Shown here one piece after another: positions 11,825 to 21,921 of a stretch of 55,942 bases of DNA. Position numbers and translations under genes: made by a program. The first letter of the stretch is position 1, and every line of letters begins with the position of its first letter. The stretch is from a virus (lineage: Duplodnaviria; Caudoviricetes): the IMG/VR virus record IMGVR_UViG_3300042893_000841, positions 1-55,942 of that record. One strand, 5' to 3'. Under the pieces are notes generated by a model. That model ran no database searches and was not told the origin of the DNA. It saw nothing but the letters and a program-made list of their open reading frames with translations.

Positions 11825-12805
11825 ATGAAAGATATTGTATTTGTAACTGCACAACCTGACGTTCCATATTTTCATTGGCAGGTTAAATTATATGTTCATA
11901 ATTTTATTGAGAAGGGAATTGACCCTAAAAAAATTCACGTAATTTTTGCTATGGTTCACGGATCAAAAGAACTAACAGAAGGAGCAAAAAAATTAATGGA
12001 CTATGGTATTAATGTTCATTTTTTTGATGATAATAGAAGTAAAAATTTATATATACCTAGCATAAAACCTTATTTGATATTTAAGTGGTTAGAAAAAAAT
12101 CCTGAATTAGGTAAATGTTTCTTTTTACACGATGCCGATATAATCTTTAATAAATTACCAAACTTTGATAGTTTATTAAGTGATGATATTAATTATTTAT
12201 CAGACACAATAAGTTATATTGGATATGATTACATTATGGATTGTGGTAATAGATATGAAAAACAACATCCTTCATCTGAAAAAGGACAATTAATAAGTGA
12301 AATGGCAAACATAATTGGGATTGATGTTAACACAATAAAAGAAAATCAAGAAAATTCTGGGGGAGGACAATACCTTATAAAAAACACCGATTATAAACTG
12401 TGGGAAAAAATATACATTGATTCAACACCATTATATAATCAAATGTTAAGTTACCAAAAAAGATTCCCAATTAATCCAGGACAAATACAGTTTTGGACTG
12501 CTGAAATGTGGTCCGTTTTATGGAATTTATGGTTACATAATCATAAAACAAAAATAACAAAAGAATTGGATTTTTCCTGGGCGACGGATAATGTTAATAG
12601 GTATAATTCTATGCCAATACTACATATGGCCGGAGTAACAGATGACCTAAAAGGAACTAAATTTTATAAAGGAGAATACATTAATGTCGACCCAATAGAA
12701 AAATTAAGAGAAGATGAGAATTACTTTAATTATGTTGATAAAAATAGCTCAACAATAAAATATATTGAAGTAATGAAATCTTTTATTCAAAAAACTAAAA
12801 TCTGA
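11825..12805 (+). CDS. GT-A glycosyltransferase, SERGT/HPAT (GT96/GT95)-like peptidyl O-glycosyltransferase
   Basis: Ordered motifs YFHWQ, YIPSIKP..WL, HDADII (DxD), GG, WTAEMW, ILH match plant SERGT1-type YFDWQ, YPAINKP..WL, LDADMI, WISEMY, LLH as recalled. Confidence 0.65.
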   Translation: MKDIVFVTAQPDVPYFHWQVKLYVHNFIEKGIDPKKIHVIFAMVHGSKELTEGAKKLMDYGINVHFFDDNRSKNLYIPSIKPYLIFKWLEKNPELGKCFFLHDADIIFNKLPNFDSLLSDDINYLSDTISYIGYDYIMDCGNRYEKQHPSSEKGQLISEMANIIGIDVNTIKENQENSGGGQYLIKNTDYKLWEKIYIDSTPLYNQMLSYQKRFPINPGQIQFWTAEMWSVLWNLWLHNHKTKITKELDFSWATDNVNRYNSMPILHMAGVTDDLKGTKFYKGEYINVDPIEKLREDENYFNYVDKNSSTIKYIEVMKSFIQKTKI

Positions 12806-12818
12806 TTATTTATAATAA

Positions 12819-14597
12819 ATGGAAACTTGTTTTAAATTGCTTTCTTGTGATGGGTCTTATAATCCATTTAACTCTAATAATCCTAATTTATCTGGGTATG
12901 TTGATACATTTATTACCATTGATTTATTAGGTCCTTTAACAGGAACCCCAGAAACCCAATTTTTAGTTAAAAATTTAGGTGAAATTGATTGTGTTACAGG
13001 ACAAACTTTTAATATTATTAGTAGTGCCGAAACTTGTGATTGTCAGTGTTATATTTTTAAAACGCCCGAAGAACCAATATTAACCACATATGTTGATTGT
13101 GACTATAATTTGTTAGAGGTTTATTTACCTACAGGAAAAACAACAAACTTATGTAGTGTCATTAAACCAATTTTTGATATTGGAGATCCTTTACCAATAA
13201 AGTTAGGGGGAATATGTGTTAGTGGGGATTGTCCAAATTACGACATGCCTGTTACTATTGAACCCAGAAATGAATGTGACGTACTTACAATATTTCCTAT
13301 GGGTGTTGATTGTATTATCCAAAATCCAACTAACGATAGAACATTTGACGGAGCGGCAGCATTATCAATTACCGGAGGAACACCACCTTATACGGTAATT
13401 TGGGATAGTGGAGGTATTGCACCAACAATATATAATTTAAATGCTGGTTCATACGGAGCAACCGTAACCGATTTTTATGGTGATTTTATTATTAACACAA
13501 TTTGTGTTTTAACTGCCGAAACAACAACAACCACAACAAGTACAACAATAAAACCACCTATCGAATATAGTGATTTATGTGGAATTGCAACAATTAGAAG
13601 CAAAATAATCGGAGTACCCATTGACTATGTACAAATACAATTAGAACCTAATGGGGCAATTAACGGTAAAGAAAGTTGGATATCCCCAGACACCCAATAT
13701 TTATTATCTTGGATTACCGGAGCAACAAACCAATGGGTTTTAACTGGATATCCATCACCATACATTAATATCGTAAACGCAAATCCGGCAACACCACCAT
13801 TAACTGGATGGCAAGTATTAGGAGGAATAGAAGTTTATAATTTTACACTTATTAGTGGAGACTGTACAAGTGATAGTTTGGTAGGATTTAACTTAACCAA
13901 AAATGACCCTATTTGTGGTAATAGTGGAAGCATCCTTATCCAGGCTTATGGTGGAACTGGAATTTATGAATATTCAATTGATAATGGGATTAATTATACC
14001 TCAAACCCTATGTTCCAGAATTTAGGTTCAGGATCATATGTTGTTTACGTGAAAGATTCTAATGGAGTTACATTTCTTCAAAATGTGTCATTAATACAAC
14101 AACCAACAACAATTTATACAGTTGAATTAAACGTAAATACGGCAACAAATACATTTAGTATTAATTGTCCTTTATTATTACCAGGAGACACATTAACGTT
14201 TAATTTAAATAATAATAGTAATTTACAATATTACCCTAACACTCTTTCACCAGTACCTTTATATAATAATGTTGTTACTATAAATGGTTTTGGGCCAATG
14301 ACTTTAGTAACAACAAACAATTCACAAAATGTTTTAAGTTTACCTTGTTCTATAACACCAATAACTCAATTACAACAAGTAAAAGCATATAGTAATCAAA
14401 TAACATTAAGTTATGGTCAAACAATTACAGGTTCTTTTACCAATAGTTTAGTAAACTACTCACCTTTTGGTTATTGTGTGTTAGCACAAAAAAATTATCA
14501 ATTATTTATGACAAATGCAAAAATTAATAATTGTAAGTGTTGTAGTGTTATTATAAAAAACCCACCGTTATCTACCCCTATAATCGTAAAAAATTAA
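12819..14597 (+). CDS. Cys-rich SprB-repeat virion/fibre protein with poly-Thr linker
   Basis: GGTPPYTVIW, GGTGIYEYSIDNG, YVKDSNG SprB units; ETTTTTTSTT linker. Confidence 0.7.
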   Translation: METCFKLLSCDGSYNPFNSNNPNLSGYVDTFITIDLLGPLTGTPETQFLVKNLGEIDCVTGQTFNIISSAETCDCQCYIFKTPEEPILTTYVDCDYNLLEVYLPTGKTTNLCSVIKPIFDIGDPLPIKLGGICVSGDCPNYDMPVTIEPRNECDVLTIFPMGVDCIIQNPTNDRTFDGAAALSITGGTPPYTVIWDSGGIAPTIYNLNAGSYGATVTDFYGDFIINTICVLTAETTTTTTSTTIKPPIEYSDLCGIATIRSKIIGVPIDYVQIQLEPNGAINGKESWISPDTQYLLSWITGATNQWVLTGYPSPYINIVNANPATPPLTGWQVLGGIEVYNFTLISGDCTSDSLVGFNLTKNDPICGNSGSILIQAYGGTGIYEYSIDNGINYTSNPMFQNLGSGSYVVYVKDSNGVTFLQNVSLIQQPTTIYTVELNVNTATNTFSINCPLLLPGDTLTFNLNNNSNLQYYPNTLSPVPLYNNVVTINGFGPMTLVTTNNSQNVLSLPCSITPITQLQQVKAYSNQITLSYGQTITGSFTNSLVNYSPFGYCVLAQKNYQLFMTNAKINNCKCCSVIIKNPPLSTPIIVKN

Positions 14598-14620
14598 ATA
14601 ATAAAATATTTATCACATAA

Positions 14621-17296
14621 ATGGCATATATAATAAAAAATACATCAGGATTAGTTAACACAAGAGTTACCGACGTTGGTAGACAGAAAATGTCCCAGGG
14701 TAACTTTAATATTTCTTATTTTCAAGTGGGGGATAGTGAGATATCATACGATAAACTACCAGCAACTTATAATCAGGCAAATAGTTTTATTTTAGAACCT
14801 GGGTTTAATAGTCAAAATACTAGCGGAGCTCCCCAATCAAACAAACAATATGTTAAATACCCATATTATGCCGATTCAAACCAAAGAAATACATATGGAA
14901 TACCCTTTATGGACTCAACAATTGATCCGGTATTTAATCGAGCTCCTTTAAGAGGATTTTTTGGGGGAATAACAACCGCAACAACAATAAATTGGGAAGT
15001 TTTAGTTGGGGATAATTATGTCCTTAGTTCTAATTATATGGTGGATATGTCAATGCTTAATGGGTCAAATCAAATTGAGTTAATATATTCTGGTTGTAAT
15101 AGAACAAGTGAGACAACTCCACAAATTGGGGATATTATCACAATTTATTATGATGGGAATGCATTATTAAATTGTGAGTGTATAAACTTACCAACACCAA
15201 CCCCAACACCTTCAGTAAGTGTGTCCCCAACGGTAACTATGACCCCAACACCAACACCTTCACCAACAGATATTTGTGCGTCATCAACACCAACACCAAC
15301 ACCAACAAGAACTCCTTGTTTAACCCCAACACCAAGTCCTGAGTGTCCATTACCACCACCACCGGAGTGTTTTATGGGAATGAATAGTTGTTATACTATT
15401 TTAACATATAGAATTATTGATGTTTGCGGTGATTTAATAACTTTAGATAGACCAACACCAGATTATACAAACTTACTTGTTATGTGTTATTCAAGAGTAT
15501 TAATATACCCTCAAAATATGACACAAATATATGATAGTATAACACCAGGACCACATTGGAGTGAACAAGTTATAAATTTTGAATCTATATGTGATACTGA
15601 CCAGTTTGATGTTAAAGTTTGGAATATGAATATTCCTTGGACAGAAAATCCGGCAGGTTTAATCCCATCATTATTTGAGGACTACACTAAATTTGGTTCT
15701 ATTAATTATATAGGATCAAAAGAATATTTTGGATATAACTCAAGTTCTGGTCAAACAGATACTGATTATGTTTATTATTATAATTCATTTGACGAAATTG
15801 TTCAGGTTAAACCGGAAGAACAAAAGGCAATTGCGATTATACATTATACTAATCAAACAATAGATTTTTTCTATGGTGAGAAATTTGCGTTAGAACCATA
15901 TGATGTGACAAACCCAGAAGACACAACAGGTCAAGCAAGAAACTTTAAATTACATATTCCTTGGTTAATGTGGCATAAAAATCCTGAATGTTGTTTTGGA
16001 CAAACATTTTGGGTAGATCCTCCAGGGTTTGAAGACAAAGAATTATTTACGGTTCATTACCTCAAATCAACTAAGAATGAAGATATGAACCAACCTGGTA
16101 TGAGATATTACCATTTATGGGACACAAACCCTAATTCAGATGGAATCCCAAGTAGAATAGGTAAAGTTTTCCCTGACAGTAAGTTGGTTATTATTGATGA
16201 TGAAGAAATAATTGCCGCAATGTCTTATAAATCAAATAGAAACTGGACGTTACCGGCACCTCAAGTATCATTAATAACACCAAATACTTGTGATACCACA
16301 ACATCGGCAACTGGAATCCTAACAGGAAATTCAGAGACAATGTTTATAACATATAGATTAACTAATGACAATGAATTTACAAATTCATTGCATTGTAATT
16401 ACTATTCAAAAGTTATTGGTAATAATAATGATTGTAATCCGGATACTTCTAAAAATATTGCAATTAGATTTGGTCCTGAGTTTGGATGTTTAGTCCAACC
16501 AGTTCATAATCATATAACAACTACAACCACAACAATACCAGTTTGTCAAAGATATGAAATCATTAATAATGGTGATAAAGGTGTGATCGTAACGTTTACG
16601 CCTTGTTGTGATGAAACAAAAACATCACCACTATCATTACCCGGATCGACAGGAACACAACTTTGCTCAAGCACCGATATTGACCCAATTTCATCCGCGG
16701 TGACAATAACCAATTTAGGTGATTGTCCTTCGTGTATTACAACTACAACAACAACATTTTGTCCTACATGTGAGGTACCTTTAGGTTTTTATGGTAATAG
16801 ATTTGAAATATTAGCACAAAAAGTTGTAACAGGAACTAGACCAGATTCCACAAAATGGAAAGTCATTGATTTTACTCCACTTATTAGCGGAACCTCAATT
16901 AATGGATACTTAACTCAAAATGGTATTACTGGTAGTACTTTTATAATATCAAATGAGAATTATAATGTCGCACCTTACTATAATTTAAATACATTCATCC
17001 CATTAACACCTAACGGTAATGTTGGAGCAAAATTAAACTTTGGTGATGAATATTATTTTTATGGAGCTTTTGAAACAGATATACAGGCAACAATATATGA
17101 AATGAAATATAAAATTAATTTAAGTTCTAGTGAATTCCAGGTATCAACAAACCCATCTTGGACTCAAGGGACTACATCATATGTTACTGAAATTGCGTTA
17201 TTGGATGAAAATAAAGATATATTAGTTATGTCAAAACTACAATCACCAACAATAAGACAAGGTACCCAACAATACGTGATTAAAATAGATTTATAA
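14621..17296 (+). CDS. Tail fibre/collar-type protein with Pro/Thr-rich inserts
   Basis: N-terminal TDVGRQKM..G...ISYFQVGD and C-terminal YVTEIALLDENKDILVMSKL resemble tail-collar fibre (DUF3751-like) termini; PTPTP and TTTTT tracts. Confidence 0.6.
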   Translation: MAYIIKNTSGLVNTRVTDVGRQKMSQGNFNISYFQVGDSEISYDKLPATYNQANSFILEPGFNSQNTSGAPQSNKQYVKYPYYADSNQRNTYGIPFMDSTIDPVFNRAPLRGFFGGITTATTINWEVLVGDNYVLSSNYMVDMSMLNGSNQIELIYSGCNRTSETTPQIGDIITIYYDGNALLNCECINLPTPTPTPSVSVSPTVTMTPTPTPSPTDICASSTPTPTPTRTPCLTPTPSPECPLPPPPECFMGMNSCYTILTYRIIDVCGDLITLDRPTPDYTNLLVMCYSRVLIYPQNMTQIYDSITPGPHWSEQVINFESICDTDQFDVKVWNMNIPWTENPAGLIPSLFEDYTKFGSINYIGSKEYFGYNSSSGQTDTDYVYYYNSFDEIVQVKPEEQKAIAIIHYTNQTIDFFYGEKFALEPYDVTNPEDTTGQARNFKLHIPWLMWHKNPECCFGQTFWVDPPGFEDKELFTVHYLKSTKNEDMNQPGMRYYHLWDTNPNSDGIPSRIGKVFPDSKLVIIDDEEIIAAMSYKSNRNWTLPAPQVSLITPNTCDTTTSATGILTGNSETMFITYRLTNDNEFTNSLHCNYYSKVIGNNNDCNPDTSKNIAIRFGPEFGCLVQPVHNHITTTTTTIPVCQRYEIINNGDKGVIVTFTPCCDETKTSPLSLPGSTGTQLCSSTDIDPISSAVTITNLGDCPSCITTTTTTFCPTCEVPLGFYGNRFEILAQKVVTGTRPDSTKWKVIDFTPLISGTSINGYLTQNGITGSTFIISNENYNVAPYYNLNTFIPLTPNGNVGAKLNFGDEYYFYGAFETDIQATIYEMKYKINLSSSEFQVSTNPSWTQGTTSYVTEIALLDENKDILVMSKLQSPTIRQGTQQYVIKIDL
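15191..15363 (+). repeat. (Pro-Thr)n / Pro-rich low-complexity coding repeat
   Basis: ccaaca-type hexamer repeats encoding PTPTPTPSVSVSPTVTMTPTPTPSPT...PPPP. Confidence 0.9.
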
Positions 17297-17344
17297 AACT
17301 ACAATTTTTTAACATTTCATTTATAGTTAAAATAAAACTATTTT

Positions 17345-17950
17345 ATGGCAAAAACTATGAAAAATTCACCAAAAGTTTTAGGGTTAGATATTTCCACAAA
17401 AACAATTGGATGGGCTTTATTTGATATTAAAACCCAAGAGTTATTAGAATTAACTCACATATCACCAAGACCTAAAATGGGTAATGAAGTAGATAAACTA
17501 AAAGAGTTATTATTAAAATCAGAAATATTTGCCGAAAAAGTTAAACAATATGTTGGTTTAGGTATAGTAAAAGTAATTATTGAAGAACCACTACTTAACT
17601 CAAATAATGTTTATACCATACAAACCCTTTTAAGATTTAATAGTTTTATATTCAAAGAAATATATAATATTTTAGGTATTATTCCTGAATTTGTCTCAAC
17701 ATATAACGCTAGAAAATTTGCTTTCCCAGAATTAGTACAAGAAAATGATAAGAAAAAATTTGTCCTATTTGGGGGATTACCAAAAGACATTGATAAAAAA
17801 ATGATTATTTGGGAAAAGGTTGCAAAAAGAGAACCCCAAATTACGTGGAGTTATACCAGAAATAATACATTAAAAAAGGAAAATTTTGACCAAACAGATG
17901 CTTACGCTTGTGTTTTAGGGTTTATGAGAAATAATAATATATGGGAATAA
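17345..17950 (+). CDS. ruvC: RuvC-like Holliday junction resolvase
   Basis: VLGLDIS..T.GW, IIEEP, DQTDA acidic catalytic motifs of the RNase H-fold RuvC family. Confidence 0.8.
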   Translation: MAKTMKNSPKVLGLDISTKTIGWALFDIKTQELLELTHISPRPKMGNEVDKLKELLLKSEIFAEKVKQYVGLGIVKVIIEEPLLNSNNVYTIQTLLRFNSFIFKEIYNILGIIPEFVSTYNARKFAFPELVQENDKKKFVLFGGLPKDIDKKMIIWEKVAKREPQITWSYTRNNTLKKENFDQTDAYACVLGFMRNNNIWE

Positions 17951-17974
17951 TATTGGTTTAAACATCAATAATTT

Positions 17975-18007
17975 AAAATACCATCTTTTTAGGTGGTATT
18001 TTTTTTT
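17975..18007. terminator. Intrinsic terminator between convergent genes
   Basis: AAAATACCATC-loop-GGTGGTATTTTTTTT hairpin with U-tract. Confidence 0.75.
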
Positions 18008-19379
18008 AACCACAAATATTACCTGTTGGTGTGATTTGTAATGAAGGGTTGTACCCAATAGGGATCGTTGACGAACATATTATTAAACTTTGGTATGATT
18101 GTATCATACCGTCAATTGGTGGTTTATCCCCACAAATTGTATATTGGTATTCCTGTGATGTAGCAGCTTGATTCACCAAAAGATATTCCGTTATAATACA
18201 AGGAGATATGGTTGTTGTTGTTGTGGTTGTTGGTGTTGGAGACGGGCAAGGAACACTTAGTAATGTTGTGTTAAAATTTAAGTCAAAACAATCTACGGAT
18301 GGATTGGTATTTAAAACAATAACCCACTCTAATGTGGTACCTATTGGAAGTACGCTGTCTATTTCTAAATAAGCCCCTAAGATATTTGTTGTAGTTTCAG
18401 TTGCATTCCATCGACCATTGATATTATCCCAATAAATGTTATAAATGTACTGCGGTGAAATAGGGAATGGAAAACTCCATGTGTATGATAATTTTCCATT
18501 TATAAATGTGCCAGGATTAACATTTACAGTTCCACATTCAGAATTCATAATTAAACATTCTAAAATTGGATCGGGAGTTGGAGTAATACAATCTAAACAA
18601 GCTCCTTGATTAAACGGACCAATTAATCCTACAATTTGTATGTTGTCAATACCACTTATATTGTCGACTAAACCCTCAAATGTTGCACAAATACCAATAC
18701 CGTTAATGTATGTACTATACACGTATCCTTCACTAATTGTATTTCCTGATGAATCAAGTAAAATTTGTGTGGTGTAATATTCTAAACCAGTAAAACAATC
18801 AACAAACTTTTTAGTGTTACCACACCTCATATATTCGTCAAAAATATTAAAATTAACTATTCCATTAATATCACAAGGTCTTGTAACTTCAGGTGAAGGA
18901 GTTGGTGTTGGGGTATTTGTTGGAGTAGGAGTTGGGGTGTACCCAGTTATCATAACATCAATAAGAAATCCACCACAAGGATTTGATGTGGTTGGTGTTG
19001 GTGTTGGCGTTGGGGTTGGAGTATTTGTTGGTGTTGGTGTTGGAGTTTGGGAAACTAAACAATTAAAAATTGCGTTAAAATCAAAAGAATCACATGCCGA
19101 TGTTGTTGTTGTGGTTGTTGTCGGACATAACCCACTAAAAAAAAACCCTGAATCTAAGTCAGGAAAAGTGGAACCAACACCAGATGGACCAAATTGGTCA
19201 CAAGTACCCCCCAAACTTAAAGATAAACACCAAGAATCTTCAGTTAATGAATAATATATAAAATATCCATTAGTTAAACCTGTAAAATAATTATATCCAT
19301 TATATGTAAGAGATAAATTATATTCACCATCATAAGATTGACTCGTATTAAAAATACAATAGTTTTCGTCAGTGGCCAT
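18006..19379 (-). CDS. Cys-rich Pro/Thr-repeat virion/fibre-like protein
   Basis: TPTPTPTNTPTPT and TTTTTT tracts separating Cys-rich modules, like the 12819 and 14621 genes. Confidence 0.65.
   Translation of the reverse strand: MATDENYCIFNTSQSYDGEYNLSLTYNGYNYFTGLTNGYFIYYSLTEDSWCLSLSLGGTCDQFGPSGVGSTFPDLDSGFFFSGLCPTTTTTTTSACDSFDFNAIFNCLVSQTPTPTPTNTPTPTPTPTPTTSNPCGGFLIDVMITGYTPTPTPTNTPTPTPSPEVTRPCDINGIVNFNIFDEYMRCGNTKKFVDCFTGLEYYTTQILLDSSGNTISEGYVYSTYINGIGICATFEGLVDNISGIDNIQIVGLIGPFNQGACLDCITPTPDPILECLIMNSECGTVNVNPGTFINGKLSYTWSFPFPISPQYIYNIYWDNINGRWNATETTTNILGAYLEIDSVLPIGTTLEWVIVLNTNPSVDCFDLNFNTTLLSVPCPSPTPTTTTTTTISPCIITEYLLVNQAATSQEYQYTICGDKPPIDGMIQSYQSLIICSSTIPIGYNPSLQITPTGNICG
18895..19122 (-). 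repeat. (Thr-Pro)n and poly-Thr coding repeats
   Basis: ggtgtt/ggagtt hexamer repeats on + strand. Confidence 0.9.
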
Positions 19380-19380
19380 A

Positions 19381-19602
19381 TTATATTGTTAAAATCTCAT
19401 TTATTTGACATTCATTATTATCAATAACCCTCAAATTAAATTCTGTTGAGTTTGCATAAATAATTGGAACCTCAAACGTGTAAGGTAAATCTCCGGAATT
19501 TATTGTTGACACATAAACACAAGATGTCATACCTGTATCACACACGTAAACATCAAATGGTGTTGAACCTGAAATATCGTTTATTGTTATATCTATTGGC
19601 AT
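19381..19602 (-). CDS. Small Cys-containing protein, paralog of 11509..11724
   Basis: GSTPFDVYVCDTGMTSCVYV...VIDNNEC; preceded by TATTTAT. Confidence 0.6.
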   Translation of the reverse strand: MPIDITINDISGSTPFDVYVCDTGMTSCVYVSTINSGDLPYTFEVPIIYANSTEFNLRVIDNNECQINEILTI

Positions 19603-19640
19603 ACTACAATAAATATAGAACTTTATAAAAACTTCTGTAG

Positions 19641-19669
19641 TTGATAAATTTAAATATTTCTTGTATATT
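19641..19669 (+). promoter_or_regulatory. Sigma70-like promoter of primase operon
   Basis: TTGATA-N17-TATATT just upstream of ATG 19677. Confidence 0.55.
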
Positions 19670-19676
19670 ATAAAGG

Positions 19677-20576
19677 ATGGAAGAAAACGAAGCGTTAGTC
19701 GAATTATTAGAGGAAATTTTAGGTGATCATGGACTACACTACGGTAACCGAGGACAAATATCGTTCAACTGCCCAGTTTGTGATGACGATATGAACAAAC
19801 ATAATTTAGAAATAAATTATATAAGTAATGTTTATAAATGTTGGAGTTGTGGTGATGTTGAAGGTACTCATGGACCTTTGGGAAAATTATTTGATAAATT
19901 TGGGAACAAAAAACAAAAAAAACTTTATTATATATTAAAACCAGAAACTGCGCCCATAAAAGAAAAAAAATACAAAAAATTAAAGTTACCGGAAAGTTTT
20001 ACATTATTTAAAGATTCACATAAGATTTATCCAATTAGAAGACAAGCATATAATTACTTACAGAGTCGTGGAATAACAGATGAGATGATTGAAAAATATG
20101 GTATTGGTTTTTGTGATAAAGGAAATCATGTGGGTAGAATTGTCGTACCTTCTTATGATATAAATGGTGAGTTAAATTATTACGTTGCTCGTAGTTGGGA
20201 TTCACATACTAAATTTAAATACAAAAATCCTGAGGCGGAAAAAGACAAAATAATATTTAACGAAAAGTTAATTAATTGGGATAATGATATCTACTTGGTT
20301 GAGGGTGTGTTTGACGGATTTTTCCTGGACAACTCAATACCAATGTTAGGAAAACATATGTCCGAAATGTTATTTGATAAAGTTTATAATAACGCAAAGG
20401 GAAATGTTATAATTGCATTGGACGGGGATGCGTGGAATAACGCAATTAAACTTTACCACGAATTAAATGGTGGTAACTTATATGAAAAAATAAAAATAGT
20501 GAAATTACCTAAAGACCAAGATGTGTGTGATTTGAGAGGTAATATAAATGAATATTTTATAGAAATAAAAGATTAA
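19677..20576 (+). CDS. dnaG: DNA primase (DnaG-type)
   Basis: Zn-binding CPVC...CWSC; TOPRIM LVEGVFD and ALDGD motifs; KYKNP. Confidence 0.9.
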   Translation: MEENEALVELLEEILGDHGLHYGNRGQISFNCPVCDDDMNKHNLEINYISNVYKCWSCGDVEGTHGPLGKLFDKFGNKKQKKLYYILKPETAPIKEKKYKKLKLPESFTLFKDSHKIYPIRRQAYNYLQSRGITDEMIEKYGIGFCDKGNHVGRIVVPSYDINGELNYYVARSWDSHTKFKYKNPEAEKDKIIFNEKLINWDNDIYLVEGVFDGFFLDNSIPMLGKHMSEMLFDKVYNNAKGNVIIALDGDAWNNAIKLYHELNGGNLYEKIKIVKLPKDQDVCDLRGNINEYFIEIKD

Positions 20577-21430
20577 TGGATTTAAATAAAATAGCGGAAG
20601 AGATTAGAGATATTATCTCAAAAAAACAAAAAGAATTCCAACTAACATTTGAGGAAGACGCTCATAAGTATACAATGTTGGATACTAGTGGTAAATTAAG
20701 GGACAATTTTCCTTCGGTTTCTAAATTAATGAAATTATTTTATAAGGAATTTGACTCTGAGGGAATATCATATAGAAAGGCAAATGGGGATCCATATGAA
20801 CAACAACGATTGTTGGAGGAATGGGCAAATGCTGGCACATATTCTACAAACATGGGTTCTCGTGTTCACTTCATATTAGAGAAACATACGTTAGAAGAAT
20901 TTGGTATTGGTAAAGAAGTGAGACAACCAATTTATGAATGTGATGCCGAACAGATAGTAAAAGGTGATACTATGGTTGTTGCTGGTAAACAATATATTGA
21001 TTTACTCAAAGAACGTAATTGTATTTTACTTGATACGGAGATGGTTTTAGGTCACCCTGAATTAGGATATACAGGACAACCAGATAAGGTATGGTTAATT
21101 ATTGGTGTCAATGGGGATCTTGGTATTTTGATTACTGATTGGAAGACAAACAAACCTAAAAACTTTGAAAAGAATAAGTTTACAAAACCGATGAAGAAAC
21201 CATTTGAAGATTTACCTGATAACGCTCTTGGTCACTACAACACCCAATTACCATTCTATGGTAAGTTATTATTAAAGATGTTGGAAGGGACAAAATATGA
21301 AAATATAAAACTGATGGGTTGTATTGTTGTGTTATTAACGGAAGAAAGAGAATTTGTTGAACATAGAGTTTCAAAAAAAACTATTAACACAATTCTTGAA
21401 ATGGATATGAAAAAGTATTTGACAAAATAA
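20576..21430 (+). CDS. PD-(D/E)XK exonuclease
   Basis: PSVS, GSRVH..LE, TE, GQPD, DWKT, QLPFY motifs. Confidence 0.8.
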   Translation: MDLNKIAEEIRDIISKKQKEFQLTFEEDAHKYTMLDTSGKLRDNFPSVSKLMKLFYKEFDSEGISYRKANGDPYEQQRLLEEWANAGTYSTNMGSRVHFILEKHTLEEFGIGKEVRQPIYECDAEQIVKGDTMVVAGKQYIDLLKERNCILLDTEMVLGHPELGYTGQPDKVWLIIGVNGDLGILITDWKTNKPKNFEKNKFTKPMKKPFEDLPDNALGHYNTQLPFYGKLLLKMLEGTKYENIKLMGCIVVLLTEEREFVEHRVSKKTINTILEMDMKKYLTK

Positions 21431-21447
21431 ATAAATTAAACTATATT
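21419..21447 (+). promoter_or_regulatory. Sigma70-like promoter
   Basis: TTGACA(21419)-N17-TATATT(21442). Confidence 0.6.
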
Positions 21448-21452
21448 ATAGT

Positions 21453-21563
21453 ATGGAAATGACAATTACACCAATTTGGTACACAATCCAAGCAGTTTGG
21501 TACTCCAACACTACTTGGGACACTGAAAAAATTAAAATAAACATAAATTATATTATAAAATGA
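21453..21563 (+). CDS. Small protein (36 aa, MEMTITPIWY...), below ORF-track cutoff
   Basis: Follows the promoter; ATGA overlap with the next gene. Confidence 0.45.
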   Translation: MEMTITPIWYTIQAVWYSNTTWDTEKIKININYIIK

Positions 21564-21775
21564 ATGATGATATCATAAGACCTAAGATTGATCTTAGGCA
21601 ACAACCAACTATTATTTGTGAGGAGTGCAAATCAAAATTCTTCAAAGAAGTAACTATGTTGAAGAAAGTCCCTAAATTATTAACAGGAAGTTCGGAAGAT
21701 ACAGTGGTACCATTCCCAACATATATGTGTAATAGTTGTGGATTTGTAAATGAAGAATTCTTAATTTTTGAATAA
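21560..21775 (+). CDS. Zinc-ribbon protein
   Basis: CEEC...CNSCG. Confidence 0.7.
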   Translation: MNDDIIRPKIDLRQQPTIICEECKSKFFKEVTMLKKVPKLLTGSSEDTVVPFPTYMCNSCGFVNEEFLIFE

Positions 21776-21921
21776 TGGAAATAGGTAAAATGACAATAAA
21801 TCAGGCATACCCACACCTTAGAAGTGTGGCTTTGGCTTACGGATTAAATTTAAATAGAGTTAGAGAATTTAGATTCGCTAGACTTATATTGGTAAACCTA
21901 TATAATAGAGAATTAGTATGA
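21775..21921 (+). CDS. Small protein (48 aa, MEIGKMTINQAYPHL...), below ORF-track cutoff
   Basis: TAATG coupling upstream and ATGA coupling downstream. Confidence 0.6.
   Translation: MEIGKMTINQAYPHLRSVALAYGLNLNRVREFRFARLILVNLYNRELV

Noticed and set aside
18814-19254. 146-aa GVGV-rich ORF on + strand
   Set aside because: Antisense shadow of the (TP)n repeats in 18006..19379
20576-21430. Cas4-like nuclease suggesting a CRISPR system
   Set aside because: No Fe-S Cys cluster, no cas neighbours, no repeat-spacer array; coupled to primase
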